44,224 nt of DNA from a virus. The notes beneath the pieces were generated by a model. It had not been told where the DNA came from, did not search any database, and worked only from the letters and a program-made list of their open reading frames with translations. The position numbers were made by a program, and so were the translations under genes. Position 1 is the first letter of the stretch, and each line of letters starts with the position of its first letter. Shown here in pieces: positions 33,172 to 40,390 of the stretch. The stretch covers positions 1-44,224 of IMG/VR virus record IMGVR_UViG_3300050015_000082; one strand, given 5' to 3'.

Positions 33172-33519
33172 ATGATTTCATTTATGGAAGCAATTGCTCG
33201 GCAAGAGGGGTTTAACTTACCTGGCAGTCGTCCGCAGCGCAGGAATAACCCTGGTGACATTGAGGAAGGCAAATTTGCGCAGACCCACGGCGCTCTGCCT
33301 TCGGATGGCAACCGTTTCGCCGCGTGGCCTACGCCGGAAGCGGGCTTTGCCGCCATGCGCACCCTGCTTACATCTCGGTATCTTGGCTTGACGGTAGAAC
33401 AGGCGCTGAACAAGTGGGCACCGCCGACCGAAAACAACGTGAATGCTTATTTGAAGAATGTATCTTCTTGGTGTGGTCTACAGTCCGCTGACATTCTGAC
33501 CACTGAGAATATAGGCTAA
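33172..33519 (+). CDS. Conserved-looking 115-aa protein (EGF...NNPGD motif). Last late gene and a possible lysis enzyme.
   Basis: RBS is GAGGTAATCG. I recall the AIARQEGF...RRNNPGDI motif from phage proteins but cannot name the family. Confidence 0.5.
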   Translation: MISFMEAIARQEGFNLPGSRPQRRNNPGDIEEGKFAQTHGALPSDGNRFAAWPTPEAGFAAMRTLLTSRYLGLTVEQALNKWAPPTENNVNAYLKNVSSWCGLQSADILTTENIG

Positions 33520-33567
33520 TTCTTCCCCGGAAAGAGAGGACGTGCAAGCGCCAGAGCAGCAGCAAAA

Positions 33568-33607
33568 GAGAGGCCCTACCTCAAGGCAAAGAGAGGTAGG
33601 GCCTTTT
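33568..33607. terminator. Bidirectional intrinsic terminator between the convergent late and early blocks
   Basis: An 11-bp perfect stem, GGCCCTACCTC (33572..33582) / GAGGTAGGGCC (33593..33603), is followed by TTTT on the plus strand and preceded by AAAAGAGA. Confidence 0.75.
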
Positions 33608-33635
33608 CCCTCTCCCGCGCCCTGGTGCGCGTTGG

Positions 33636-33830
33636 CTATACAATGCGCTCGATTACAACTTTACGGATGTGCACTTCCGACTGGTCCGGCACATCGTAGT
33701 GTTGGCGCTCAAACTCAGCCTTACTCGCCCGCGCCTGTTCCTCGGTGGCGGTATGATGGGCAGCGCCATACGCGCCATCTCTGAACCAGTAAATCGCTGT
33801 TTCGTAGTGGGTCGAACTCTTCCAACTCAT
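33636..33830 (-). CDS. Hypothetical protein (64 aa)
   Basis: Last ORF of the early block, just before the terminator. Confidence 0.5.
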   Translation of the reverse strand: MSWKSSTHYETAIYWFRDGAYGAAHHTATEEQARASKAEFERQHYDVPDQSEVHIRKVVIERIV

Positions 33831-33890
33831 CCGCTCATCCTTTCGTTGCGCGTTGGCTTCAAGCGGCTACTGGCGCGCTGTGGTTGCCGG

Positions 33891-34073
33891 TTACTCCCAA
33901 GGGTTCTCGCCTGTCACTTCGACAAACGCACGTTTCAGTCGCGCCACAGCATCAGGTAGAGCCGCCTTCAGCGCCTTCACGTGGAATTCGGCAGGCAGCG
34001 GCAATTTAAGCGCGTGGGCGAGATTGTCCACTTCGTCTATTGCCTTCCCAAGTTCATTGTTGGGGTCTTCCAT
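33891..34073 (-). CDS. Hypothetical protein (60 aa)
   Basis: ORF 33891..34157, with the start set at ATG 34073, preceded by GGAGGAACGAC. Confidence 0.5.
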   Translation of the reverse strand: MEDPNNELGKAIDEVDNLAHALKLPLPAEFHVKALKAALPDAVARLKRAFVEVTGENPWE

Positions 34074-34105
34074 GTCGTTCCTCCGGTTGCACTCCATGCA
34101 GGCCC

Positions 34106-34354
34106 TCAGCGCGTGGGCGGTGCGGGTAGTTCGCGCCAATGCGTGACTGTAAGGCAATCCTCAAGCGGCGTGCAATCCGTGCGCGTCCAATGCGTTCCAT
34201 CCTTCCAATAGATCAACGCATCCGAGTATATGAATTTGTCTCCCTTAAGCCTTATTGAGCACCACACCCTATCACCATCGTTGGGGAGTCGAACGGATAC
34301 GCTGATCCACCCGCCGTTCGCGTCCTGCTCATTCTGCTCGATAAATCGGCTCAT
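34106..34354 (-). CDS. DUF551-like protein (82 aa)
   Basis: GGWISVSVRLPNDGDRVW...THWRELPAPP matches the DUF551 pattern as I recall it. Confidence 0.5.
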   Translation of the reverse strand: MSRFIEQNEQDANGGWISVSVRLPNDGDRVWCSIRLKGDKFIYSDALIYWKDGTHWTRTDCTPLEDCLTVTHWRELPAPPTR

Positions 34355-34632
34355 CGCCCCATCCTCCTACCGTTGATCTGCTCAACATTGTCTCGCTCTT
34401 CCCGCTCCCACCCGAGGTTAACGGGCTCCGCGCCCAGGCCCTTCGAGTACGTGACGCCCATGGCGCCATCCAGACGGCTAGCGACCGGCTTGGTTGCATC
34501 CAGAGCCCTCATTCGCGCCCGCCACTCGTCCAGCATGATTGGCCGGTCCCTGTGGCACATGTAGAGCCAGCGGACGCCCCCGAAAGCGAGCACGACCGGT
34601 ATTGCGGCGATGAGGATGCTGAGGAGGGTCAT
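34351..34632 (-). CDS. N-terminal TM protein (93 aa)
   Basis: This is the C-terminal part of the composite ORF 34351..35076. The start is at the ATGA overlap at 34632 (MTLLSILIAAIPVVLAFGGV). Confidence 0.5.
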   Translation of the reverse strand: MTLLSILIAAIPVVLAFGGVRWLYMCHRDRPIMLDEWRARMRALDATKPVASRLDGAMGVTYSKGLGAEPVNLGWEREERDNVEQINGRRMGR

Positions 34633-34913
34633 TGTTCGCTCCTGTGTGCCGCGTGTACCTTCCCCGCCGCCCGCGCTGTACCGTCCAATGCCCTGCGCTC
34701 TGTCTGGTACGAATGCAGTCCGTGACCAGCTACGAGGCAGCAAGGGGTGTGCAATTCGTACTCCACACCGTCGATGGTAACGTTGCCCTCGCAGATGCAT
34801 CCGGTAAGCGGAGCCGGTACGAACGAGGCGGATTCGGCCTTGCGCGCTGCGTGGCCGTCGTTCATGTCTTGGAAGCGATCTGACTGCTCTGCATAACCAT
34901 TGAAATGGGCCAT
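34629..34913 (-). CDS. Hypothetical Cys-containing protein (94 aa)
   Basis: ORF with start ATG 34913, overlapping the upstream stop (TGATG). Confidence 0.5.
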   Translation of the reverse strand: MAHFNGYAEQSDRFQDMNDGHAARKAESASFVPAPLTGCICEGNVTIDGVEYELHTPCCLVAGHGLHSYQTERRALDGTARAAGKVHAAHRSEQ

Positions 34914-35242
34914 CACTTGATCGCCTCCAGCACGTCATTGATTGCCGTTCCGTCCATGACCATCGCTGTTGTGTAGCGCATGACCAGAATCCCCATCTTC
35001 GCCGCTGCGTTGTATTTGTGACAGTCGCCAATGAAACCACCCATACGCTGATGGCGACCACCCATCCCGCCTTCAATCTCCACAGCTAACCTGCGCTCGG
35101 GAAAGTAAAAGTCAAATCTCCATTTGCGTGTGGGATGGAACACGAATTCGCGCTCTGGGGAAAGGTTCTCGACTCGGCAATGAAGTGCGAACGCGCACTC
35201 ACCTGGGCTCAACTTCTTTGGTACGCCATTACGCTCGCTCAT
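34913..35242 (-). CDS. PD-(D/E)XK (Vsr/DUF559-like) endonuclease candidate (109 aa)
   Basis: WRFDFYFPERRLAVEIEGGMGGRH...DCHKYNAAAKMGILVMRY fits the pattern of small Vsr-like phage nucleases. Confidence 0.5.
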   Translation of the reverse strand: MSERNGVPKKLSPGECAFALHCRVENLSPEREFVFHPTRKWRFDFYFPERRLAVEIEGGMGGRHQRMGGFIGDCHKYNAAAKMGILVMRYTTAMVMDGTAINDVLEAIK

Positions 35243-35267
35243 TTCGTCTCCTCACTCGGTGCTGTCA

Positions 35268-35696
35268 TCATGCCATCTCTTTCGGTTTACCTGCGTTATA
35301 CGGAATGAATCTGCTACCAACAATACAGTTGCAAATAAAATGCGCCGCTCCATTCTGCCAGTGTCCGTCTACTTCTATTCGTTCATCCTTCTTCCATCTC
35401 TTATGCTCATGGTCAAAGGTTGTGTCCTCTTCGGTCATGTAGCCTGGGCAGTGCGGGATGAACCCATAGAAGCAGCAAATCTCACTCTGCCGGTCGCGCA
35501 TCGCCCACTTTCGCCGTAGGTATTCTGCCTTCCCCGCTGCGGTCAACTGATTGCAAATCTCGCGGGAGTCTTCCATCACCCGCACAGCTACCGGCTCTCG
35601 CATATCCTTCGCATCAGGAAACGGCTTGCGGCGAGGCTTCAAACGCTTCTTTGGGATCGGGACTGTGCTGCGCGGTAATGGCTTGCGTGGCCTCAT
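35268..35696 (-). CDS. HNH-like endonuclease candidate (142 aa)
   Basis: The start is set at the ATGA overlap at 35696. It has FDHEH...NGAAHFICN and a basic N-terminus. Confidence 0.4.
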   Translation of the reverse strand: MRPRKPLPRSTVPIPKKRLKPRRKPFPDAKDMREPVAVRVMEDSREICNQLTAAGKAEYLRRKWAMRDRQSEICCFYGFIPHCPGYMTEEDTTFDHEHKRWKKDERIEVDGHWQNGAAHFICNCIVGSRFIPYNAGKPKEMA

Positions 35697-36169
35697 CCGT
35701 TCTTCTCCCCATGCTCCATACGCCACTTCTCAAACCAGAATACCAGCGGCGCTGTGTTAATACTTACAACCCCGAAGCGTTCCGCGTGCCTGAAAGTAGA
35801 CGAGTTTGAGCGTAGACAGTCCACTATCCGATGGTGCAGCCATTCCCGCCATCCATCTAGAGAATTGGCTCCCTTGTCGATATTGCACGGAGCACAGGAT
35901 GGAAAAAGGTTCCCTATATGGTCATTTTCAGGCCGCATCATTGTTGATTTAATGGCGTCATTGGGAACGAACTCTAAACTCTGAGTATCTTTGTTGAAGT
36001 GGGGTTTTAATGCGTGATATTTCAACCATTGAGGCGTTTTCCACCATTCCCGATATATTGGATCGACGTGATCAGCGTGCCACTTCGCCCCGAGTTCGCA
36101 CCCACAATAGGCGCACCGGCCTCCAAGCATCATGCGCAGTGCTTCGCGCTCTTGCTTATTTAGGTTCAT
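35693..36169 (-). CDS. HNH endonuclease (158 aa)
   Basis: The start is set at ATG 36169 (MNLNK). It has CAYCG...HADHVDPI...NLFPSCAPCNIDKG. Confidence 0.7.
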   Translation of the reverse strand: MNLNKQEREALRMMLGGRCAYCGCELGAKWHADHVDPIYREWWKTPQWLKYHALKPHFNKDTQSLEFVPNDAIKSTMMRPENDHIGNLFPSCAPCNIDKGANSLDGWREWLHHRIVDCLRSNSSTFRHAERFGVVSINTAPLVFWFEKWRMEHGEKNG

Positions 36170-36267
36170 GCCTTCTTCTCCTTCTTTGCCTTTTCGGCGG
36201 CCAATTTCGATTGGATAGCCGCTACTTGACGCCAAATCAACGGAAGATTTACTGGAGGTTTGCTCAT
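36166..36267 (-). CDS. 33-aa coupled micro-ORF
   Basis: Sequence MSKPPVNLPLIWRQVAAIQSKLAAEKAKKEKKA, with ATGA overlaps at both ends. It is below the ORF-track cutoff. Confidence 0.35.
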   Translation of the reverse strand: MSKPPVNLPLIWRQVAAIQSKLAAEKAKKEKKA

Positions 36268-36440
36268 GAGGATATTCCCAAAAGAATGCGCCGACACTCC
36301 TCCGTCTTACAGAGCCCAAACTGGACGATAAACGTCTTTAGAATAGCCTTCTTCTTGTTGCTCAACCTGTACCGCTCGGCATAGGCGTCCATCACCGCAT
36401 CTTTGGGCCTGCCACCTGAATGTTTTTGACGTACAATCAT
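36264..36440 (-). CDS. 58-aa basic protein
   Basis: Sequence MIVRQKHSGGRPKDAVMDAYAERYRLSNKKKAILKTFIVQFGLCKTEECRRILLGISS. It starts at the conserved junction and has ATGA overlaps at both ends. Confidence 0.4.
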   Translation of the reverse strand: MIVRQKHSGGRPKDAVMDAYAERYRLSNKKKAILKTFIVQFGLCKTEECRRILLGISS

Positions 36441-37066
36441 GCCTTCTGCTCCTCCTTTGCTATGGAAATGAGCAAATCACGGAATGCGGGAGGAGTTCCA
36501 ATACGCGGAGCACTATTCTTTCCGCCTCCACGAGAACCCAATTCACCTAAACGCTTTGCTCTTTTCAACCCCATACGCTCGACTACAGCGGGATCGAGAT
36601 GCGCTTCACTTTCTCCCCATTCCAGTTCGGGAAGTGCGACATGATAAGCGAGTAGAAGTGTAGGTTTTCTGGCGTAATGTCCATAGCGTCCCTGCTCTAT
36701 ACAGCAAGTAAAACCACCGCAATTGTCGGCAGTAATCCATCCACCCTTGCGAGACGGGACTTTCACCCCAAAGCAAGGCCATGCGTGGCTTCCCCAAGGA
36801 TGTTCAAGGACGCCACCCCACTTTCTTACGGAAGCAAGCGCGGAAGCGAAGCATCCACCATCATCGCCCTTAATTTTGCGTTCACCGGTGAGCTTGATAT
36901 GAAGTGGTTGTCCTGCCCAAAACTTTCCCCATCGCTGGCAGGGAGGATGAGCCACCACGCGATAAGGTCCGGCGTACTGTCGTGCATCCCGTTCTTCATC
37001 CCATGGGTCCACATCCTCAAGATTCCAATAACACCCGTTTTTCATTACGAATAATGCTGCAATCAT
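36437..37066 (-). CDS. C5-cytosine-methyltransferase-like core without a recognisable AdoMet motif I (209 aa)
   Basis: AHPPCQRWGKFWAG resembles motif IV (PPCQ). GGVLEHPWG lies about 45 aa later at the ENV position. RYGHYARKPTLLL sits at the QxRxR position. No FxGxG motif is present at the N-terminus. Confidence 0.4.
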   Translation of the reverse strand: MIAALFVMKNGCYWNLEDVDPWDEERDARQYAGPYRVVAHPPCQRWGKFWAGQPLHIKLTGERKIKGDDGGCFASALASVRKWGGVLEHPWGSHAWPCFGVKVPSRKGGWITADNCGGFTCCIEQGRYGHYARKPTLLLAYHVALPELEWGESEAHLDPAVVERMGLKRAKRLGELGSRGGGKNSAPRIGTPPAFRDLLISIAKEEQKA

Positions 37067-37281
37067 GCCTTCTGCTCCTCACCGTTCCCGAAATCTTGCG
37101 CCCAGATAGCGCGAATCTTGTCAGCCGTATTCTTCCACGCCTCCGCTTCTGTTGCTCCGTGGCCCTCGACTTTTTCATTCTTGAACGGGCTAAAGCGGCG
37201 AATCGTTACCATCCCCGGCCAATCTAGCACCGCACGGGCACTCTTCCAAACAGACTTGACAACCATCTCATCGTCACTCAT
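37063..37281 (-). CDS. Hypothetical protein (72 aa)
   Basis: Coupled ORF between two conserved junctions. Confidence 0.5.
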   Translation of the reverse strand: MSDDEMVVKSVWKSARAVLDWPGMVTIRRFSPFKNEKVEGHGATEAEAWKNTADKIRAIWAQDFGNGEEQKA

Positions 37282-37544
37282 TGTTCTCCTTCAGAATCGA
37301 ACACATCCCTATATCCACACAGCTTTGAATCTTCTTCACACGCTTCGCACTCTTCATCGAAAGTTATTCCGTGCGGGCAAACATCTGTCTCATCTGGCGC
37401 GTCAATGTCATCCTCAAGATGAACGCAACCGAGATCACAGCCGTCATGGATGCACTCAATATGGCAATCGCAAGCGCAATCCTCGAACTCACAAGCCGAA
37501 CAGCAACCATGAGCACATTCGGCGGAAACTGTGGAATCGTTCAT
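37278..37544 (-). CDS. Cys/His-rich, strongly acidic protein (88 aa)
   Basis: 14 Cys residues plus many His/Asp/Glu (AECAHGCCSACEFEDCACDCHIECIHDGCDLGC...). Confidence 0.6.
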   Translation of the reverse strand: MNDSTVSAECAHGCCSACEFEDCACDCHIECIHDGCDLGCVHLEDDIDAPDETDVCPHGITFDEECEACEEDSKLCGYRDVFDSEGEQ

Positions 37545-38221
37545 GCCTTCTTCTCCTCAAGCCAGTTCTCGTACCGCACCGCGTTCTCACTGATATACGT
37601 CTCAGCGATGTACTCGATTGCCTCTGGCTGTGTCTTTGCATCCAAGGCCAAGGCCATCGTTACCGCCAAATCGAACCGGCTCTTCCCATCCTTGGGCAGC
37701 ATCACCGGCTCAGCGTGTTCTAGCTTCTGGTGGTGCTTCTCATTCAGGTAATCTAGCAAACCCCTCTTGGTGGAGGTCTGCGCAGTCTGCAATACGTCTG
37801 GCTTGGTGCGCACCTTCTCCGACACGCCGGGACTGGAGAGCAGCATCAGGTTAGACACGCTGATCTTGTTGATCGTCTCTATCGGCACGCCGGCCAAGGA
37901 CTCATCAGCCGCCTTAGCTGCCTTGGCATACCGCGGCTGGTCAGGAAAGAAGCACTCCGTCCAACGGTCAAGCGACTTGAATGGGCGGTCCATTTCTGGG
38001 TCCACATCGTCCTTCCACGTTTCCAACTCTCGCACCATCCGAAAGCATTGCAGCCGCACATGGAAGATAGTGTCGAGCGCGTGCTCCTCAGCCCCCACCA
38101 GCGAGGTCAGGATGGCCTTCAGGCGCGTTCCTGCCTCTGCCCTGCCCAATTGCCTTATGGCCTGAAAATCAGGGCCTAGAATCATCGATGCCTTAGGTGC
38201 AAAGCTTTGCATCTCGTTCAT
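37541..38221 (-). CDS. Hypothetical protein (226 aa), the second-largest early protein after the ERF-like annealase
   Basis: Clean coupled ORF. No motif was recognised. Confidence 0.6.
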   Translation of the reverse strand: MNEMQSFAPKASMILGPDFQAIRQLGRAEAGTRLKAILTSLVGAEEHALDTIFHVRLQCFRMVRELETWKDDVDPEMDRPFKSLDRWTECFFPDQPRYAKAAKAADESLAGVPIETINKISVSNLMLLSSPGVSEKVRTKPDVLQTAQTSTKRGLLDYLNEKHHQKLEHAEPVMLPKDGKSRFDLAVTMALALDAKTQPEAIEYIAETYISENAVRYENWLEEKKA

Positions 38222-38592
38222 GCCTTCACCGCCGCTTTCTGTTTTCTGATTCCCTTCAACCCGTTTCCCATCTCTTCCAACACATCCGCCGCCGTTCCCG
38301 TCCCGGCGATCACTGCCTTGATAGCGGCCTCACACGCTGCGATGATTCTAGCCTTCTGCCCTGATTCGGTTGCGTCCATCACTCGCGCCTGGTCAGTCAG
38401 TGGCCGATTGTCCATGATTACCTTCATCAGCCCCCCACACAGCTTTGGTGACCCGTCGCTGTTGCACTCTATCGGTCCTGTTGGAATTCCCCCGCAGAAC
38501 CGAACCGTTGAGGCACCTGGTAGAAGAAACCCGGACATGAAGATGTGGCAAAGTGGGCACTGCCAGAGTACGTGCTTGCGGTCATTGCTCAT
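38218..38592 (-). CDS. Hypothetical protein with an N-terminal Cys cluster (124 aa)
   Basis: Has WQCPLCH...FCGG...CNS...CGG. Confidence 0.55.
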   Translation of the reverse strand: MSNDRKHVLWQCPLCHIFMSGFLLPGASTVRFCGGIPTGPIECNSDGSPKLCGGLMKVIMDNRPLTDQARVMDATESGQKARIIAACEAAIKAVIAGTGTAADVLEEMGNGLKGIRKQKAAVKA

Positions 38593-38840
38593 TTCCCCAC
38601 CAGCCTATACCTGCAAGTGTGCGAGTGCGGCAACCGCTCCGTAATGATCTGGTGCGCCCCGTACTTGTCCAGCCGCAGGTCACGTATCCTGCTAGAAATT
38701 GTGCTGTCGGACACCCACCGTCCCGTCAGTGCCTCGATGCGCTGGCGTAGCGTGTAGGGCGTATGCCATGCGTGATGCTCTCTCAGGAGGCTAAGCACTT
38801 CGCCATTGAGGGCGGTCGGGTCTATCTCGGTGTTGTTCAT
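38589..38840 (-). CDS. Winged-helix DNA-binding protein (83 aa)
   Basis: LSLLREHHAWHTPYTLRQRIEALTGRWVSDSTISSRIRDLRLDKYGAHQI fits a wHTH pattern. Confidence 0.5.
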   Translation of the reverse strand: MNNTEIDPTALNGEVLSLLREHHAWHTPYTLRQRIEALTGRWVSDSTISSRIRDLRLDKYGAHQIITERLPHSHTCRYRLVGK

Positions 38841-39019
38841 GGAAGTTTCACCTTTCTCAGAGCATTGCGGCTTGTCACAACCCTAAACTTATCTTGAAAT
38901 TCCAGCAGGCAAGAGTTCATGGTCCCACGGCATATTACCCGGCAGAGTTTCCCCTTACGGTCAAGAGGCCTCATCGGTGACGGTCCCCATGCGTAATAGT
39001 AGGGGTATTCGTTGCTCAT
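38837..39019 (-). CDS. Hypothetical protein (60 aa)
   Basis: This is the C-terminal part of ORF 38837..39211. The start is at the ATGA overlap at 39019 (MSNEYPYYYAWG). Confidence 0.45.
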   Translation of the reverse strand: MSNEYPYYYAWGPSPMRPLDRKGKLCRVICRGTMNSCLLEFQDKFRVVTSRNALRKVKLP

Positions 39020-39306
39020 GGCTTCACCACTTCTCTGTTGAGTCGCTTCCCAATTGCCAGCACAGTACGCTTCGATACCCCAAACCGCTGGCGTGCGATC
39101 TTCCGCGAATGATATGCGGCGAGAGATGCGCGGCATCCAGCGCACATGCCCTCTTCTTTTAGCATAGGTCCATCTCCCATGCCGTAGTTTGCCCAGTGAA
39201 GAGAGATACATTCAGAGCTTTCCTTTAGGCCGGTTCCGATCTCATCCCGGTTCTTCTCCCATTGGGTGCAGGGGTTAGCCTTCATGATGGCGGTCCACTG
39301 CTTCAC
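39016..39306 (-). CDS. Hypothetical protein, start uncertain (GTG 39306 or ATG 39285)
   Basis: The ORF ends in an ATGA overlap. The C-terminus is HTH-like (RQRFGVSKRTVLAIGKRL). Confidence 0.45.
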   Translation of the reverse strand: MKQWTAIMKANPCTQWEKNRDEIGTGLKESSECISLHWANYGMGDGPMLKEEGMCAGCRASLAAYHSRKIARQRFGVSKRTVLAIGKRLNREVVKP

Positions 39307-39355
39307 AGCTTCACGATCAGCAGCATAGTTTGCACAGGCTTGCTCGGCGGTGATT

Positions 39356-39721
39356 TTAATGTCCTCTCCTTTTCTTCTTCAGGTCCAGAAGCGCAAACAG
39401 CGACATTTGCGGCTTGGCGTCACCGTCTGGTACTTCCTGCACCCGCTTGAGTTTCTTCTTTGGAAGCGGTCCATCAGGATTGCAGGGCATCGGTGTTCCG
39501 TTCACATCTACACCGGGGAAAAGTCCACGCACCCGGCTGTTGTACTCCTTGAGCGCAAATGGAGTTTTGATTAGAAGCTCGTATATGTTCTCTGGAACCC
39601 CAAAATACATCAGAATCCCTGTGTTGAAGCGGAGCGCCAAGGTCCCTTCTACTGGCTCATAGGAACACGCTAGAAGAACGTGGTTGCGGTCCGTGACTCC
39701 GTGCCATCCTCTATAGCCCAT
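39356..39721 (-). CDS. KTSC-domain protein (121 aa)
   Basis: VEGTLALRFNTGILMYFGVPENIYELLIKTPFALKEYNSRV matches the KTSC pattern as I recall it. Confidence 0.5.
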   Translation of the reverse strand: MGYRGWHGVTDRNHVLLACSYEPVEGTLALRFNTGILMYFGVPENIYELLIKTPFALKEYNSRVRGLFPGVDVNGTPMPCNPDGPLPKKKLKRVQEVPDGDAKPQMSLFALLDLKKKRRGH

Positions 39722-39728
39722 AAACCCC

Positions 39729-40046
39729 TCACGGTATGATTTCAGTCATCAAATGTCTTGGATCAACTCGCACCAAGCGCATCGTAGGCGAGCCGTTTTC
39801 GATGAAATTCCACCACGGGTGTTGCCAGTTTCCATCAGCATCACACGGGAACGGCTCTTTCTTCGGCTGCTTCGCTTCCCACTTCGCCGCACCCGCGGTA
39901 AACGCGCTCTGTGCTTTCTGAGGCGTTCTGACGGGCGGTTTGGTCCACTGGCATACATGGAGCGTTTCGCCTGCGTAGAGCCGCCATTTGCCATCCGTCT
40001 GGACCCATCGTAGGTCGTCTATCGAACATCGCTTACACTGGCTCAT
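39729..40046 (-). CDS. Hypothetical protein (105 aa)
   Basis: This is the C-terminal part of the composite ORF 39729..40400. The start is at ATG 40046 (MSQCKRCSIDDLRW). Confidence 0.5.
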   Translation of the reverse strand: MSQCKRCSIDDLRWVQTDGKWRLYAGETLHVCQWTKPPVRTPQKAQSAFTAGAAKWEAKQPKKEPFPCDADGNWQHPWWNFIENGSPTMRLVRVDPRHLMTEIIP

Positions 40047-40093
40047 TGCATCTCGTAGGGTTGCGGGGCAGCTTGCACTGCCCCTGGGGTGAA

Positions 40094-40390
40094 TTATTCG
40101 CCGACGCCGTCGCCGTATACGGAGCCGGAGCCGTAACCGGAGCCGGAGCCGTAGCCGTCGCCGGAGCCGGAGCCGTCGCCGGAGCCGGAGCCGTAGCCGA
40201 CGCCGACGCCGTAGCCGGAGCCGACGCCGGAGCCGTAGCCGTCGCCGTAGCCGTAGCCGACGCCGTCGCCGTCGCCGTAGCCGGAGCCGGAGCCGGAGCC
40301 GGAGCCGTCGCCGGAGCCGTAGCCGTAACCGGAGCCGGAGCCGACGCCGGAGCCGTCGCCGTAGCCGGAGCCGTCGCCTAGTTTCGCCAT
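40094..40390 (-). CDS. (Gly-X)n low-complexity acidic protein (98 aa)
   Basis: MAKLGDGSGYGDGSGVGSG..., where X is S/Y/D/V. It has its own ATG with AAGGG upstream. GC-rich third codon positions favour this frame over the RL and AV/AG frames. Confidence 0.5.
   Translation of the reverse strand: MAKLGDGSGYGDGSGVGSGSGYGYGSGDGSGSGSGSGYGDGDGVGYGYGDGYGSGVGSGYGVGVGYGSGSGDGSGSGDGYGSGSGYGSGSVYGDGVGE
40097..40380. repeat. About 46 consecutive GCCGNN hexamers (plus strand)
   Basis: 6-nt periodicity is directly visible. The array is open in three of the six frames. Confidence 0.9.

Noticed and set aside
34351-35076. 241-aa ORF spanning several smaller ORFs
   Set aside because: Its N-terminal two-thirds is Arg/Trp-rich and overlaps better ORFs in other frames (34629..34913 and 34913..35242) that are chained by stop/start overlaps. 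Only its last 93 codons, from ATG 34632, are kept.
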